Positions 8,807-16,791 of a stretch of DNA of 20,000 nt are shown piece after piece (position 1 is the first letter of the stretch; the number at the start of each line of letters is the position of its first letter). This DNA is from an uncultured virus (IMG/VR IMGVR_UViG_3300045115_000228) (Duplodnaviria > Heunggongvirae > Uroviricota > Caudoviricetes): IMG/VR virus record IMGVR_UViG_3300045115_000228; one strand, written 5' to 3'. The notes beneath the pieces are model-generated. The model worked only from the letters and a program-made list of their open reading frames with translations, was not told the origin of the DNA and searched no databases. Position numbers and translations under genes: made by a program.

Positions 8807-9415
8807 ATGGAACCGAGGAAGACCAGGGAGGAAGGAGGCGGCGTCCTCGCCGCCATCGCCAGGCTGATCAACAACATCCTTGAGTTCCTCGCCAACAGGA
8901 GGAGGCGACAGGAGGAGGAGCTCAAGCGCAAGGAGATCGAGGCGGCCAAGGACGAGCTCAGGAGGGCCCTCGCCGAAGGCAGGGAGCAGGACGCCGCCTA
9001 CTGGCGCAAGAGGCTGCTCATGCTAACGGGGGCCCTGGCCGCCGCCCTGCTTCTGTTCGTCGGCCCGGCGGGATGCAGGACCACGGGAGGTGACGCCCAG
9101 CCCGCCCATCCCGCCCCTCCCGCGCAGGTCGTGCAGGCGGAGAGGGTGTCCAAGGCCAAGCCCGGCGACGTCCTCGTCCTGCCAGCCCCCACGCCCCCGG
9201 CCACGCGCTGGGTGCTGGCCGACGACGTGGGGATCTTCCAGGCCGTCGACGCCGGCGTGGTCGTGATGGGCGACAGGTTCAGGGACGTCGCCCCGGGAAG
9301 CCCGTGCGAGGTGCCGAGGCTGAAGCCGCCGGCGAGACAGTGGTATGTTGCCGACGACGTCGGCCTGAAGGAGTGGATGGGGATAGCCCTTGGGCCGTCC
9401 CCCAAGGGAAGGTGA
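8807..9415 (+). CDS. Membrane/lipoprotein with N-terminal helical/coiled-coil segment, internal signal-peptide-II-like segment and duplicated C-terminal motif (possible spanin-like lysis protein)
   Basis: GGAGG RBS 6 nt before ATG 8807 (alternative ATG 8786 overlaps the -10 box). Charged helix RRRRQEEELKRKEIEAAKDELRRAL; then RKRLLMLTGALAAALLLFVGPAG-C (Cys codon 9074-9076); two copies of PP(A)xxWxxADDVG. Confidence 0.75.
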   Translation: MEPRKTREEGGGVLAAIARLINNILEFLANRRRRQEEELKRKEIEAAKDELRRALAEGREQDAAYWRKRLLMLTGALAAALLLFVGPAGCRTTGGDAQPAHPAPPAQVVQAERVSKAKPGDVLVLPAPTPPATRWVLADDVGIFQAVDAGVVVMGDRFRDVAPGSPCEVPRLKPPARQWYVADDVGLKEWMGIALGPSPKGR

Positions 9416-9418
9416 GCC

Positions 9419-10138
9419 ATGCCGTTCTACTTCAGGGTCAACAGGGTCAAGGTCATCGACAACCGCGAGTGGGGCCTGTGGATCCTCAAGCGCGACATCG
9501 CGCAGGTCAGGTTCACCAGCCTCGTCACGACGGGCGACGACGACTTCCCGGCCGTCGGCGCCCTCAAGGGCGGGGCCAGGGACGCCAAGGCGCTCCGCGA
9601 CGCCGCGGCCTCCGTCGTGGCCCAGGTCATAAGCCGGAGGACGACGCTCGCCATCGACGGCATCAAGGACGGACAGACCATCACCTTCGGCGACACGGGG
9701 TACGTCGTACACCGCTCCGACGCCATCCCCGAGGACTTCAACTGGTGCCTGCTCGCCATGGAGGACGAGCAGGCCCTGCGCAACTTCGGCCAGACCCTCT
9801 CGACGGTCGTCGGGTCGTCCGGCTTCGACGGCTTCGCCCAAGGGCTGTCCGTCCTCGTGGGGGCGTCAGCCAACCCGGCGTTCGCCGCCGGGACAGCCGT
9901 GGCCAAGTTCGTCGCCGAGGTCCTCGCGGCGTACCTCAAGGGCAAGGGCGACGAGATGATCGGGGCCCTCTACCTGTCCCTCAACCGCCGCGAGCACTAC
10001 CCCCACGGCGAGCGCAAGTCGGACGGCGTGCCGGACCTCTCCGGCAACATGCTCGTCGACTACTCGCTGTTCGGGTTCGAAGCCACGCCCCCGGTGCCAG
10101 CCGACGCGCCGCCGGCGGCGCCGCGCAGGATGCCCTGA
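9419..10138 (+). CDS. Hypothetical protein (239 aa)
   Basis: ATG 3 nt after the previous stop, with a GAAGGTGA RBS-like sequence; strong GC3 bias; globular sequence with a Gly/Ala-rich hydrophobic helical hairpin (GLSVLVGASANPAFAAGTAVAKFVAEVL). Confidence 0.85.
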   Translation: MPFYFRVNRVKVIDNREWGLWILKRDIAQVRFTSLVTTGDDDFPAVGALKGGARDAKALRDAAASVVAQVISRRTTLAIDGIKDGQTITFGDTGYVVHRSDAIPEDFNWCLLAMEDEQALRNFGQTLSTVVGSSGFDGFAQGLSVLVGASANPAFAAGTAVAKFVAEVLAAYLKGKGDEMIGALYLSLNRREHYPHGERKSDGVPDLSGNMLVDYSLFGFEATPPVPADAPPAAPRRMP

Positions 10139-10830
10139 CGGCGCAGCCTGGCGAGCAGCCTGCGCCACCACGCCGGAGGGGCAAGCCTCGCCTCCAGCCT
10201 CTCCATGTCGATGGAGAACGACCCGTGGGACCCGGAAGGGCCGCCCTGGAAGGGGACGACCATCCCTACGGGACCGTGCGACGGGACGTCGACCTTCAGC
10301 GAGTCCGCCCACCTCTGCGCGGCCTGGAGCCTGGCGTCGTCCCTGACCGCCCCGGCAAGCGACTCCAAGGGGCCCTTCCCGAACACCGCGTCGCCCAGCG
10401 CCGCCGCCAGACCGGAAGGATCGAGCGGCCTCATCTCGATGCCCCTGATCGCCGCCGTCATGTCGGCCCCCATCGCCAGCCGCGAGGCCACTGCGCCGCT
10501 GTACTCCGCCCACGCCCTCCCGACGACCGACGAGGCGTCCGACAGGCGGTACTCCTGCGGCCCCGTGGCCCCTTCCCTCTCGCGCCTCGCCGCCGCCTCG
10601 GCGTCTATCCGCCGCGCCTCCTCGTCGCTGATCCTGTACAACTCCGGGTTGCGCCTGCGCTCCTCCCCCCTGGCAGCAGCCTCCATCGCAACGTCCTGCG
10701 CCTCAAGGAGCTTGCGGTCCTCCTCGGTCTCGCAGCCCCACGGCCTGCCGGCCGCCGCCGCCACGTCCGCGTCGTGCGTGACGTGCCTCCCGACCCCGTC
10801 CCTCGAAACGATCGCCGATGCCCTTGGCAT
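10060..10830 (-). CDS. Hypothetical protein (256 aa, helical/charged)
   Basis: Shortened from ORF 10060..11085. ATG at 10830 with GGAGG RBS at 10836-10840 and an upstream minus-strand promoter. The 3' end overlaps the convergent 9419..10138 gene by 79 bp. Confidence 0.75.
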   Translation of the reverse strand: MPRASAIVSRDGVGRHVTHDADVAAAAGRPWGCETEEDRKLLEAQDVAMEAAARGEERRRNPELYRISDEEARRIDAEAAARREREGATGPQEYRLSDASSVVGRAWAEYSGAVASRLAMGADMTAAIRGIEMRPLDPSGLAAALGDAVFGKGPLESLAGAVRDDARLQAAQRWADSLKVDVPSHGPVGMVVPFQGGPSGSHGSFSIDMERLEARLAPPAWWRRLLARLRRQGILRGAAGGASAGTGGVASNPNSE

Positions 10831-10885
10831 GTCGACCTCCATGTGGCCTCCGGTGGACGCACCATGCGTGACCGTGGCCGGTGGC

Positions 10886-10914
10886 ATTGTACGCGGGACG
10901 AAGTGGGTGGACAA
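10886..10914 (-). promoter_or_regulatory. Sigma70-type promoter TTGTCC-N17-TACAAT (leftward)
   Basis: Minus strand: -35 TTGTCC (10909-10914), 17-bp spacer, -10 TACAAT (10886-10891), upstream of the RBS/ATG at 10830. Confidence 0.7.
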
Positions 10915-10935
10915 GCCGAACAGACCAGAAGCCGG

Positions 10936-10964
10936 TTGACTCCCGGAAGGCGAAACGGTATCAT
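10936..10964 (+). promoter_or_regulatory. Sigma70-type promoter TTGACT-N17-TATCAT (rightward)
   Basis: TTGACT 10936-10941, 17-bp spacer, TATCAT 10959-10964, followed by AGGAGG RBS (~10972-10977) and ATG 10985. Confidence 0.8.
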
Positions 10965-10984
10965 GAGGCGCAGGAGGACAATCC

Positions 10985-12130
10985 ATGTCTGGAAACATCA
11001 CTCTGGCGTCGCATCTGTTCGACCTCAAACAGCGCGAGGAGGCGGACATCCGGATGGCGGTGTCCCTCGGGAGGAACAAGGCCATCCTTGTCGAGGGAGA
11101 CTCAAGGGAAATGATGGATCACATCGATGCCGAGAGCGCATCCCTGGTCTTCACCTCTCCACCGTATTGCATCGCCAAGCAGCGCGAGTACGGAGACGGA
11201 CAGTCAACGGACTACTCCCCCGACAAGTACGTCCAGTGGGCGATGACGTTCGTGCCCCACATCGAGCGTGTCCTCTCCCCCCGTGGCGTCTTCGCGCTCA
11301 ACATCGATGCCGGATCCATGCGCGGGGAACAGATGACCCAGGACATGGAACTGGTCATCAGCATCGTCAGGGGCAGCGGCCTTTTCCTCCTCCAGAAGTT
11401 CGTGTGGGCGAAGAGGAACTACATGCCGGGGTACTGGCCCAACCACTTCGCCAAGAGCCACGAGCTCGTCTACGTGTTCGCGAAGCGCGGCCTCAAGGGG
11501 GATCTCCTTCGCCGCGACAGGATGATGGTGTACCAGGGCGCATGGAGGGGCAAGAGGCTCATCGGGAAGTCATACTCCGGCGATCTCAAGAGGAACGTGT
11601 CGGCCACCGGCAGCGGCGGAGGAAGGCGCGTCGCCAACTGGTTCACTGGCGACCCCAAGTGCCCCACCAAGGAGGTCGCCTACCCCTCCAGCGTGCTCAG
11701 GCTCCCAACGTCGTGCTCCGACAAGGGGCACAGCGCGTCCTTCCCCATCGCGCTGCCGTCGTGGTTCGTCAGGGCGTACACGGATCCAGGCAGCCTCGTG
11801 GTCGACTGCTTCGTCGGCGGAGGCACGACGTGCTCGGCGGCATCCATGCTCGGCAGGAGGTCGGTGGGGATAGACCTGTCGCCGACGAAGGCTTTCAAGG
11901 ACGAGCGGGCTTTCCTGGCGTCCGACAAGGCCGCCGCGGCACACAGGGCGTCAAGGATGACCGACATGAGGACGGAACTCGCCATGGTCAAGAGGATGCA
12001 CGCCGAGACCGGCCTGTACCCATCGATCAAGGACTACGAGATCGACGAGCAGGCCATCTCCGCCATGGCCAACGCCCGCGAGCAGGATCCGATCCGCGGC
12101 TGTATAATGGCCGCATGCTCGGATACCTGA
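10985..12130 (+). CDS. Beta-class amino (N4-cytosine/N6-adenine) DNA methyltransferase, probably m4C
   Basis: EGDS...LVFTSPPY catalytic motif IV near the N-terminus; GHSASFPIALP and LVVDCFVGGGTT...GRRSVGIDL SAM-binding motif I near the C-terminus (beta order). SPPY is typical of m4C MTases. Confidence 0.93.
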   Translation: MSGNITLASHLFDLKQREEADIRMAVSLGRNKAILVEGDSREMMDHIDAESASLVFTSPPYCIAKQREYGDGQSTDYSPDKYVQWAMTFVPHIERVLSPRGVFALNIDAGSMRGEQMTQDMELVISIVRGSGLFLLQKFVWAKRNYMPGYWPNHFAKSHELVYVFAKRGLKGDLLRRDRMMVYQGAWRGKRLIGKSYSGDLKRNVSATGSGGGRRVANWFTGDPKCPTKEVAYPSSVLRLPTSCSDKGHSASFPIALPSWFVRAYTDPGSLVVDCFVGGGTTCSAASMLGRRSVGIDLSPTKAFKDERAFLASDKAAAAHRASRMTDMRTELAMVKRMHAETGLYPSIKDYEIDEQAISAMANAREQDPIRGCIMAACSDT

Positions 12131-13041
12131 CCTACCACAAGCCTTGGCCGGATGGCGACGACAAGGAAGGCTGCGTCGAGCTCGCCAACTACGTCGAGCC
12201 ATTGTTCATAGCGACGCACGGGCCCGGAACGCGCCTCGGCATCCCGATCCGCCGAAACCCCGAGAAGGACTCGAACCCGTTCGCGATCGACCTGTCCCAC
12301 TCCGTCGCAGGGCCCTCGGACCTCAAGTTCAGGCGCGACCCGTTCTACTTCGGCGAGCGAAGGTACTCCGTCCACCCGCAGTACCTCATGACGTTCAACA
12401 GCGAGGACTCCCAATGGTATGCGATGGACCACGGGGATCCAGGAATCTACTTCTGGACGCAATGGGAGCCGTCCGACTCGGACGACGCCGGCCTGTTCCA
12501 CGGCAGGAGGCAACTCGTCAGGGGCATGGTGTCAGTCCATGAGGCGAGGCTTGCGGAGGTCGTCGCCGAAGGAAGCCGACGGGAGAGGCATTGGTACCGC
12601 AACAAGACCAGGGTCTTCGGGGACGGAGGGAACAAGAAGTCCTCGCTGGTCATCGACTTGCGCCGGCTGCCGTGCATCGACATGGAACTGGACCCGGAAT
12701 GCTGGCCAGACACCCCCGAGGACTTCACCGGGATGCTGAGGGACGAGATCGCGTATGGCAGGTTCTCCGACGGGGACGCGCTCCCGTTCGCCTCCAACGA
12801 GCCGATGGCCTCCGTCGCCGAGTCCGCCGCACTCATCCTTGAGTCGGAGGGGCTCGCCAGGCGGTCGGAAGTCAGGCTCCTCGACGGGAGGGTCGTCGGC
12901 AGGTGGACCACGACCGTCTCCCCGTACGAAAGGCTCATGCTGACGTCGAGGCTGGCCCGGGAAGGCTTCAACGAGCGCCAGGAGGGCATCAGGATGATGT
13001 CATGCCGCAACCCGTGGGCCAGGAGGAGAGGGATCGGATGA
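12115..13041 (+). CDS. Putative PD-(D/E)XK-fold nuclease (308 aa)
   Basis: Only the C-terminal part of ORF 9304..13041, from ATG 12115, has protein-like composition. E...NPEKDSNPFAID-L...PSDLK pattern fits a PD-(D/E)XK active site. The stop overlaps the next ATG (ATGA 13038-13041). TATAAT at 12103-12108 sits just upstream. Coding status confident, nuclease call moderate. Confidence 0.65.
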   Translation: MLGYLTYHKPWPDGDDKEGCVELANYVEPLFIATHGPGTRLGIPIRRNPEKDSNPFAIDLSHSVAGPSDLKFRRDPFYFGERRYSVHPQYLMTFNSEDSQWYAMDHGDPGIYFWTQWEPSDSDDAGLFHGRRQLVRGMVSVHEARLAEVVAEGSRRERHWYRNKTRVFGDGGNKKSSLVIDLRRLPCIDMELDPECWPDTPEDFTGMLRDEIAYGRFSDGDALPFASNEPMASVAESAALILESEGLARRSEVRLLDGRVVGRWTTTVSPYERLMLTSRLAREGFNERQEGIRMMSCRNPWARRRGIG

Positions 13042-14060
13042 GGTCGGCAAGCCTGTTTTCCGGGGCCCTTGGACTCGACCTCGGCCTTGAGGCCGCCGGG
13101 TTCCACGCCGTGGCCGCCGTCGAAAGCGACAGGCATGCCGCGGCGACGATCCGCCGGAACCGGCCGGGCGTCGAGATCCTGACGGACGCCTTCGACCAGG
13201 CGACGCTCGCGAGGCTCAAGGAGCTCGGCCCGTTCGACCTGGTGTGCGGCGGCCCGCCATGCCAGAGCTGGTCCCACGCCGGGAAGAGGCTGGGCCTCGA
13301 CGACAACCGCGGCCTCTGCATCCCGAGGTTCATCGACATCGTGGCCCTGCTGTCCCCGGAGTTCGTCGTCATGGAGAACGTCCACGGGTTGATGACCGCG
13401 TCCATCGACGGGGAGAAGGGCGCCGTCGTCAGGATGGCGACGGACAGGCTGTCGAGGATGGGATACGCGGCGAGCGTGATCCTCGCCAACGCCGCCGACT
13501 TCGGGACGCCCCAGTCGCGCAAGCGCGTCGTCATCCTCGCCAGGCTCGGCGGACCGGCCCCGAGCCTGGAACAGACGCATGCCCAATCCCAACAGCCCGA
13601 CCTCTTCATGGGCGCCCCCCTCCTCGCCAAGTGGCTCACGCTCAAGGACGCGATAGGCGACAGGCCGAAGGGCGATTGCGCCGCCTATCCGGAGTCGAAG
13701 GCGAGGTTCTTCCGCATGATCAAGCCGGGCCAGGACTGGAGGAGCCTCCCAGAGGCCGAGCAGGAGGCCGCGATGGGGAACGCCATCCGTTCCGGCGGAG
13801 GACGGACAGGCTTCTTCCGCAGGCTGTCGTGGGAAAGACCGTCGCCAACCCTGACGTGCAGCCCCCTGGGGAAGGCCAACGCCTTCTGCCACCCCGACGA
13901 GGTCCGCCCCCTCAACGTCGCCGAGTACGCCCGCGTCCAAGGCTTCCCCGACTCCTGGAGGTTCGAGGGGCCCCTCATGGCCCGCTACCGCCAGATCGGC
14001 AACGCCGTCCCCGTCCAGCTCGGCGAGGCCATCGGCAGGGCGCTGTCGGAAAGCAGTTGA
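13038..14060 (+). CDS. DNA (cytosine-5)-methyltransferase (340 aa)
   Basis: All hallmark C5-MTase motifs: SLFSGALG (I), GGPPCQSWS (IV), ENV (VI), QSRKRV (VIII), RVQGFP (IX), YRQIGNAVP (X). Start coupled by an ATGA overlap with a purine-rich RBS. Confidence 0.97.
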   Translation: MRSASLFSGALGLDLGLEAAGFHAVAAVESDRHAAATIRRNRPGVEILTDAFDQATLARLKELGPFDLVCGGPPCQSWSHAGKRLGLDDNRGLCIPRFIDIVALLSPEFVVMENVHGLMTASIDGEKGAVVRMATDRLSRMGYAASVILANAADFGTPQSRKRVVILARLGGPAPSLEQTHAQSQQPDLFMGAPLLAKWLTLKDAIGDRPKGDCAAYPESKARFFRMIKPGQDWRSLPEAEQEAAMGNAIRSGGGRTGFFRRLSWERPSPTLTCSPLGKANAFCHPDEVRPLNVAEYARVQGFPDSWRFEGPLMARYRQIGNAVPVQLGEAIGRALSESS

Positions 14061-14085
14061 CTCCGCCATCCGAAAGGAGCATAGT
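14057..14085 (+). promoter_or_regulatory. Possible sigma70 promoter TTGACT-N17-CATAGT
   Basis: TTGACT 14057-14062 overlaps the MTase stop; the -10 is only a partial match; ATG at 14092 lies about at the expected +1. Confidence 0.4.
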
Positions 14086-14091
14086 TGCCAC

Positions 14092-15531
14092 ATGAAGGAA
14101 CCCACAGCCACTCCTGCGGACGACTCCCTTCCGAAGACGACGGAAGACGGATGGAGAGCCGACAAGACATACGAGACGTCCGGGAAGACGGCCAAGTATG
14201 CCATGGGCGTCGCCTGCGGCCTTGAAAAAGAGGTGTCCGACCTGAAGGAGAGAAGCCACAAGGACCTGTTCAGGATCATGAGCGTGCAGGCCTCCCAAGC
14301 GCGCGAGCGGCTCGCGTCCTTCGGATTCCACGTCGCGTCAGCATTCCCGGAGCCGCTGTCGGCCTTCCACCTGTCGCCGCACGGGGTGGTCGTGGTCAGG
14401 GGATGTGCCGACATGTCCATGAGCAACTTCTTCCCCAACGACGGCGGCCAAGCCGTCCCGGAAGACATCTCCGTCGCCTACCACCGTGTCCCTCGCGAGT
14501 TCTTCAAGGAGGGATGGCTTGACGCCACCGAACAGACGTTCAAGAGGATGGTCGTGGAATACCCCAGCGAATGCCTCCTGTCAATGCTGGACAGGTCCCT
14601 GAAGGCAGACTTCATCGTCGTGCTCGGTGGGCCTAGCGGTCTTGACGTCAACATCGACCCCATCCCGCTCCCCCCCGTTGTCGTGAGAACCAGCGACGTC
14701 AACAGGAATGCCATCGAAAGGGTCATCCGCCGCATCGCCGTGACCAAAGAGCCGTTGGCCAAGTTCAGGAGCAACAGGAGATACGACGAGAACGACCCGT
14801 GGGGCGGGTCCTACAACTCGTGGGCGTTCGACCCCGAGACAGGGATCAGGCTGGCAAGGTTCGCCTCCCAGGCGAACAGGGCAACGACCCAGACGTCGTT
14901 CGTCATGTCGTCCATCCTGTACTTCGGAGGAGTCATGCCCGGCTGGATGTCCCCCCCTCGGGTTGGCCAAGCGGCGTGCTTGTCGTCCACCCTGTACAAG
15001 GGGTCAGTCTTCGGGGACGAGACGCAACCCCAGCCCCTTCCGCCGACGGGCGAGGACCCCGCGGACGAATGGTCGCCCATTGACCAAGAGTCGGAAGGCG
15101 ACCCCAGGTTCCAAGAAGGGAGAAGGAAAAGAGGAAGGCATTCGCGTCTGGAGCGCGACCCCGCCCTGCGCAAGGCGTTCCTGGCCGCCAATCCGAAACC
15201 GCGGACCTGCGAGGCTTGCCTGACCAACTTGACGTCACGATACCCGTGGACGGAAGCCATTCAAGTACACCATCTCCTGCCCCTGTCTTCGGACGCCAGC
15301 AGTGGGACCACAAGCCTCCACGACGTGGCGGGACTTTGTCCAAGTTGCCATGTGGCCATCCACTCGTTCTACGACATGCGCCTCGCAATGGCCGGCAAGG
15401 GGGACTTCGAGTCCATCGACGAGGCAAGGACCGTGTTCGAAACGGCGTGCGAGTCCATACGCGGACTGGCAGAAGACGCCAATGACGCTCCAGTTGGCAA
15501 GGAAAACGGCCATGCGCACGTTCAGGATTGA
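14092..15531 (+). CDS. Protein with C-terminal HNH (McrA-like, zinc-binding) endonuclease domain and ~330 aa unrecognised N-terminal region
   Basis: FQEG...HSRLERDPALRKAF, CEAC, QVHHLLPLS, LCPSCHVAIH: the EG/H-x3-ER/CxxC/HH/CxxCH signature of McrA-type HNH nucleases. Confidence 0.88.
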   Translation: MKEPTATPADDSLPKTTEDGWRADKTYETSGKTAKYAMGVACGLEKEVSDLKERSHKDLFRIMSVQASQARERLASFGFHVASAFPEPLSAFHLSPHGVVVVRGCADMSMSNFFPNDGGQAVPEDISVAYHRVPREFFKEGWLDATEQTFKRMVVEYPSECLLSMLDRSLKADFIVVLGGPSGLDVNIDPIPLPPVVVRTSDVNRNAIERVIRRIAVTKEPLAKFRSNRRYDENDPWGGSYNSWAFDPETGIRLARFASQANRATTQTSFVMSSILYFGGVMPGWMSPPRVGQAACLSSTLYKGSVFGDETQPQPLPPTGEDPADEWSPIDQESEGDPRFQEGRRKRGRHSRLERDPALRKAFLAANPKPRTCEACLTNLTSRYPWTEAIQVHHLLPLSSDASSGTTSLHDVAGLCPSCHVAIHSFYDMRLAMAGKGDFESIDEARTVFETACESIRGLAEDANDAPVGKENGHAHVQD

Positions 15532-16129
15532 GCCAAGGTTCGACCCCCGCACGGGGAAGCCAGCCGAGCCCCAGGCCGTCGAGACAGGCGCCGTCCTCTG
15601 CGACTACTCCGCCACCCCAATCAACGCCCACGGAGGCGAAGGACACCTCGTCGAGTACGAGACCCCCGACGTGTCGGGCTGCGAGGAGTTCTGGGACCAG
15701 GACGAGCTGTCCATCGACGGCAGGCCCGTCGACGTCCGCGCCCTCAACGGGATCCAGCCGCGCCTCGCCTTCATCCCGGCCGTCCCCTCCCCCTCCGACG
15801 GGAGCGCCGCCTACAACGCCGAGATGCTCCTCATGCTCGAATGGCGATCCGAACGCGACGCCCTGCTCCGCAAGGAGACCGCCCAATGGGACGGGAACCG
15901 CGACCCCAGGCTCGAAGCCGAAGAGACGGCCATCAGGGCAGCCGAGGACATCCAGGACGCCAGGCTCCACGCCGTCCTCAAGGAGCTCGGCCTGCCACCC
16001 CTCCCCGACCTCGCCAAGGCCGAGACCTTCGCCCAAGCCATGCACCTCGCCCGCTACCGCGCCATCAGGAAGGCCGTCGCCGACGGCAGGACGCCCGACG
16101 AGCTCGGCCTGACCTTCCGGGAGGACTGA
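15512..16129 (+). CDS. Hypothetical protein (205 aa)
   Basis: Start MRTFRIEPRFDP at ATG 15512 with AAGGA upstream; overlaps the HNH gene end by 20 bp; strong GC3 bias. Confidence 0.8.
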   Translation: MRTFRIEPRFDPRTGKPAEPQAVETGAVLCDYSATPINAHGGEGHLVEYETPDVSGCEEFWDQDELSIDGRPVDVRALNGIQPRLAFIPAVPSPSDGSAAYNAEMLLMLEWRSERDALLRKETAQWDGNRDPRLEAEETAIRAAEDIQDARLHAVLKELGLPPLPDLAKAETFAQAMHLARYRAIRKAVADGRTPDELGLTFRED

Positions 16130-16132
16130 CCA

Positions 16133-16411
16133 ATGCCCAAGGCAAGGACCACGCCAACGAAAGGACGTCCACGCTGGAAGAACCCCGACCCGGAACGGGC
16201 CGCCGCCACCATCAACCACCTCGCCGAGGACATGCCGGAACTCGTCACCCGCGAGGACGCCATGGAGGCCGCCGTCTACTGGCGCAACCGCTTCGAGAAG
16301 GCCTCCCGGGCCATCCGGGAAGCCAAGACGACAGTCCTGGCCGAAGGACTCAAGGCTGCGACCACGGCGACCTCCGTCGCCGGCCGGCTGCAGGAAGGGA
16401 CACTAGGATGA
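16133..16411 (+). CDS. Hypothetical protein (92 aa)
   Basis: GGAGG RBS upstream, 3 nt after the previous stop; stop overlaps the next ATG (ATGA). Confidence 0.8.
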   Translation: MPKARTTPTKGRPRWKNPDPERAAATINHLAEDMPELVTREDAMEAAVYWRNRFEKASRAIREAKTTVLAEGLKAATTATSVAGRLQEGTLG

Positions 16412-16791
16412 GCAACGCAGGAGCCGCCACGAGGAACCCCCACCCGGCCTACGTCGACGTCTACCGCGCCGTCAACGGCTGGCAGACCAAGCTGATGTCC
16501 TGGGACGACGATGGGTTCTACGACGTCTGGCAGACAGGCTTCGGCCCCCATGGGCACGACAGGGAAGGCTACGACCGGGCCGTCGCCGAGGGACGCCACT
16601 GGGCGGAGTCCGAAGGGGTCGAGTTCCGCGAGCCCCCGCCCTTCGAGCCCCTCAAGGAAGGCGAGCCAAGGGACCTGCTGGAATGCCTCAGGCAGGAGTC
16701 GGCCAAGGCAGGCAGGACGCTCACCGTCGTCGACCTCGACCGCGGCACCACCGAGGAGATCCAGCCCCCGCCCAGGAACGAAGGGGGATGA
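16408..16791 (+). CDS. Hypothetical protein (127 aa), phage-like
   Basis: C-terminal part of ORF 15841..16791 from ATG 16408 (ATGA coupling); aromatic-rich globular sequence YVDVYRAVNGWQTKLMSW...GFYDVWQTG. Confidence 0.82.
   Translation: MSNAGAATRNPHPAYVDVYRAVNGWQTKLMSWDDDGFYDVWQTGFGPHGHDREGYDRAVAEGRHWAESEGVEFREPPPFEPLKEGEPRDLLECLRQESAKAGRTLTVVDLDRGTTEEIQPPPRNEGG

Noticed and set aside
10205..10939. 244-aa plus-strand ORF
   Set aside because: Ser/Ala-rich antisense mirror of the minus-strand gene, which has the promoter and RBS.
9304..12114. N-terminal ~937 codons of the 1245-aa ORF 9304..13041
   Set aside because: Off-frame read of three real genes with Arg-rich nonsense composition; only the part from ATG 12115 is protein-like.
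13038..15531. Gene symbols dcm / mcrA
   Set aside because: Only family-level similarity is visible; orthology and specificity cannot be established from the sequence alone.
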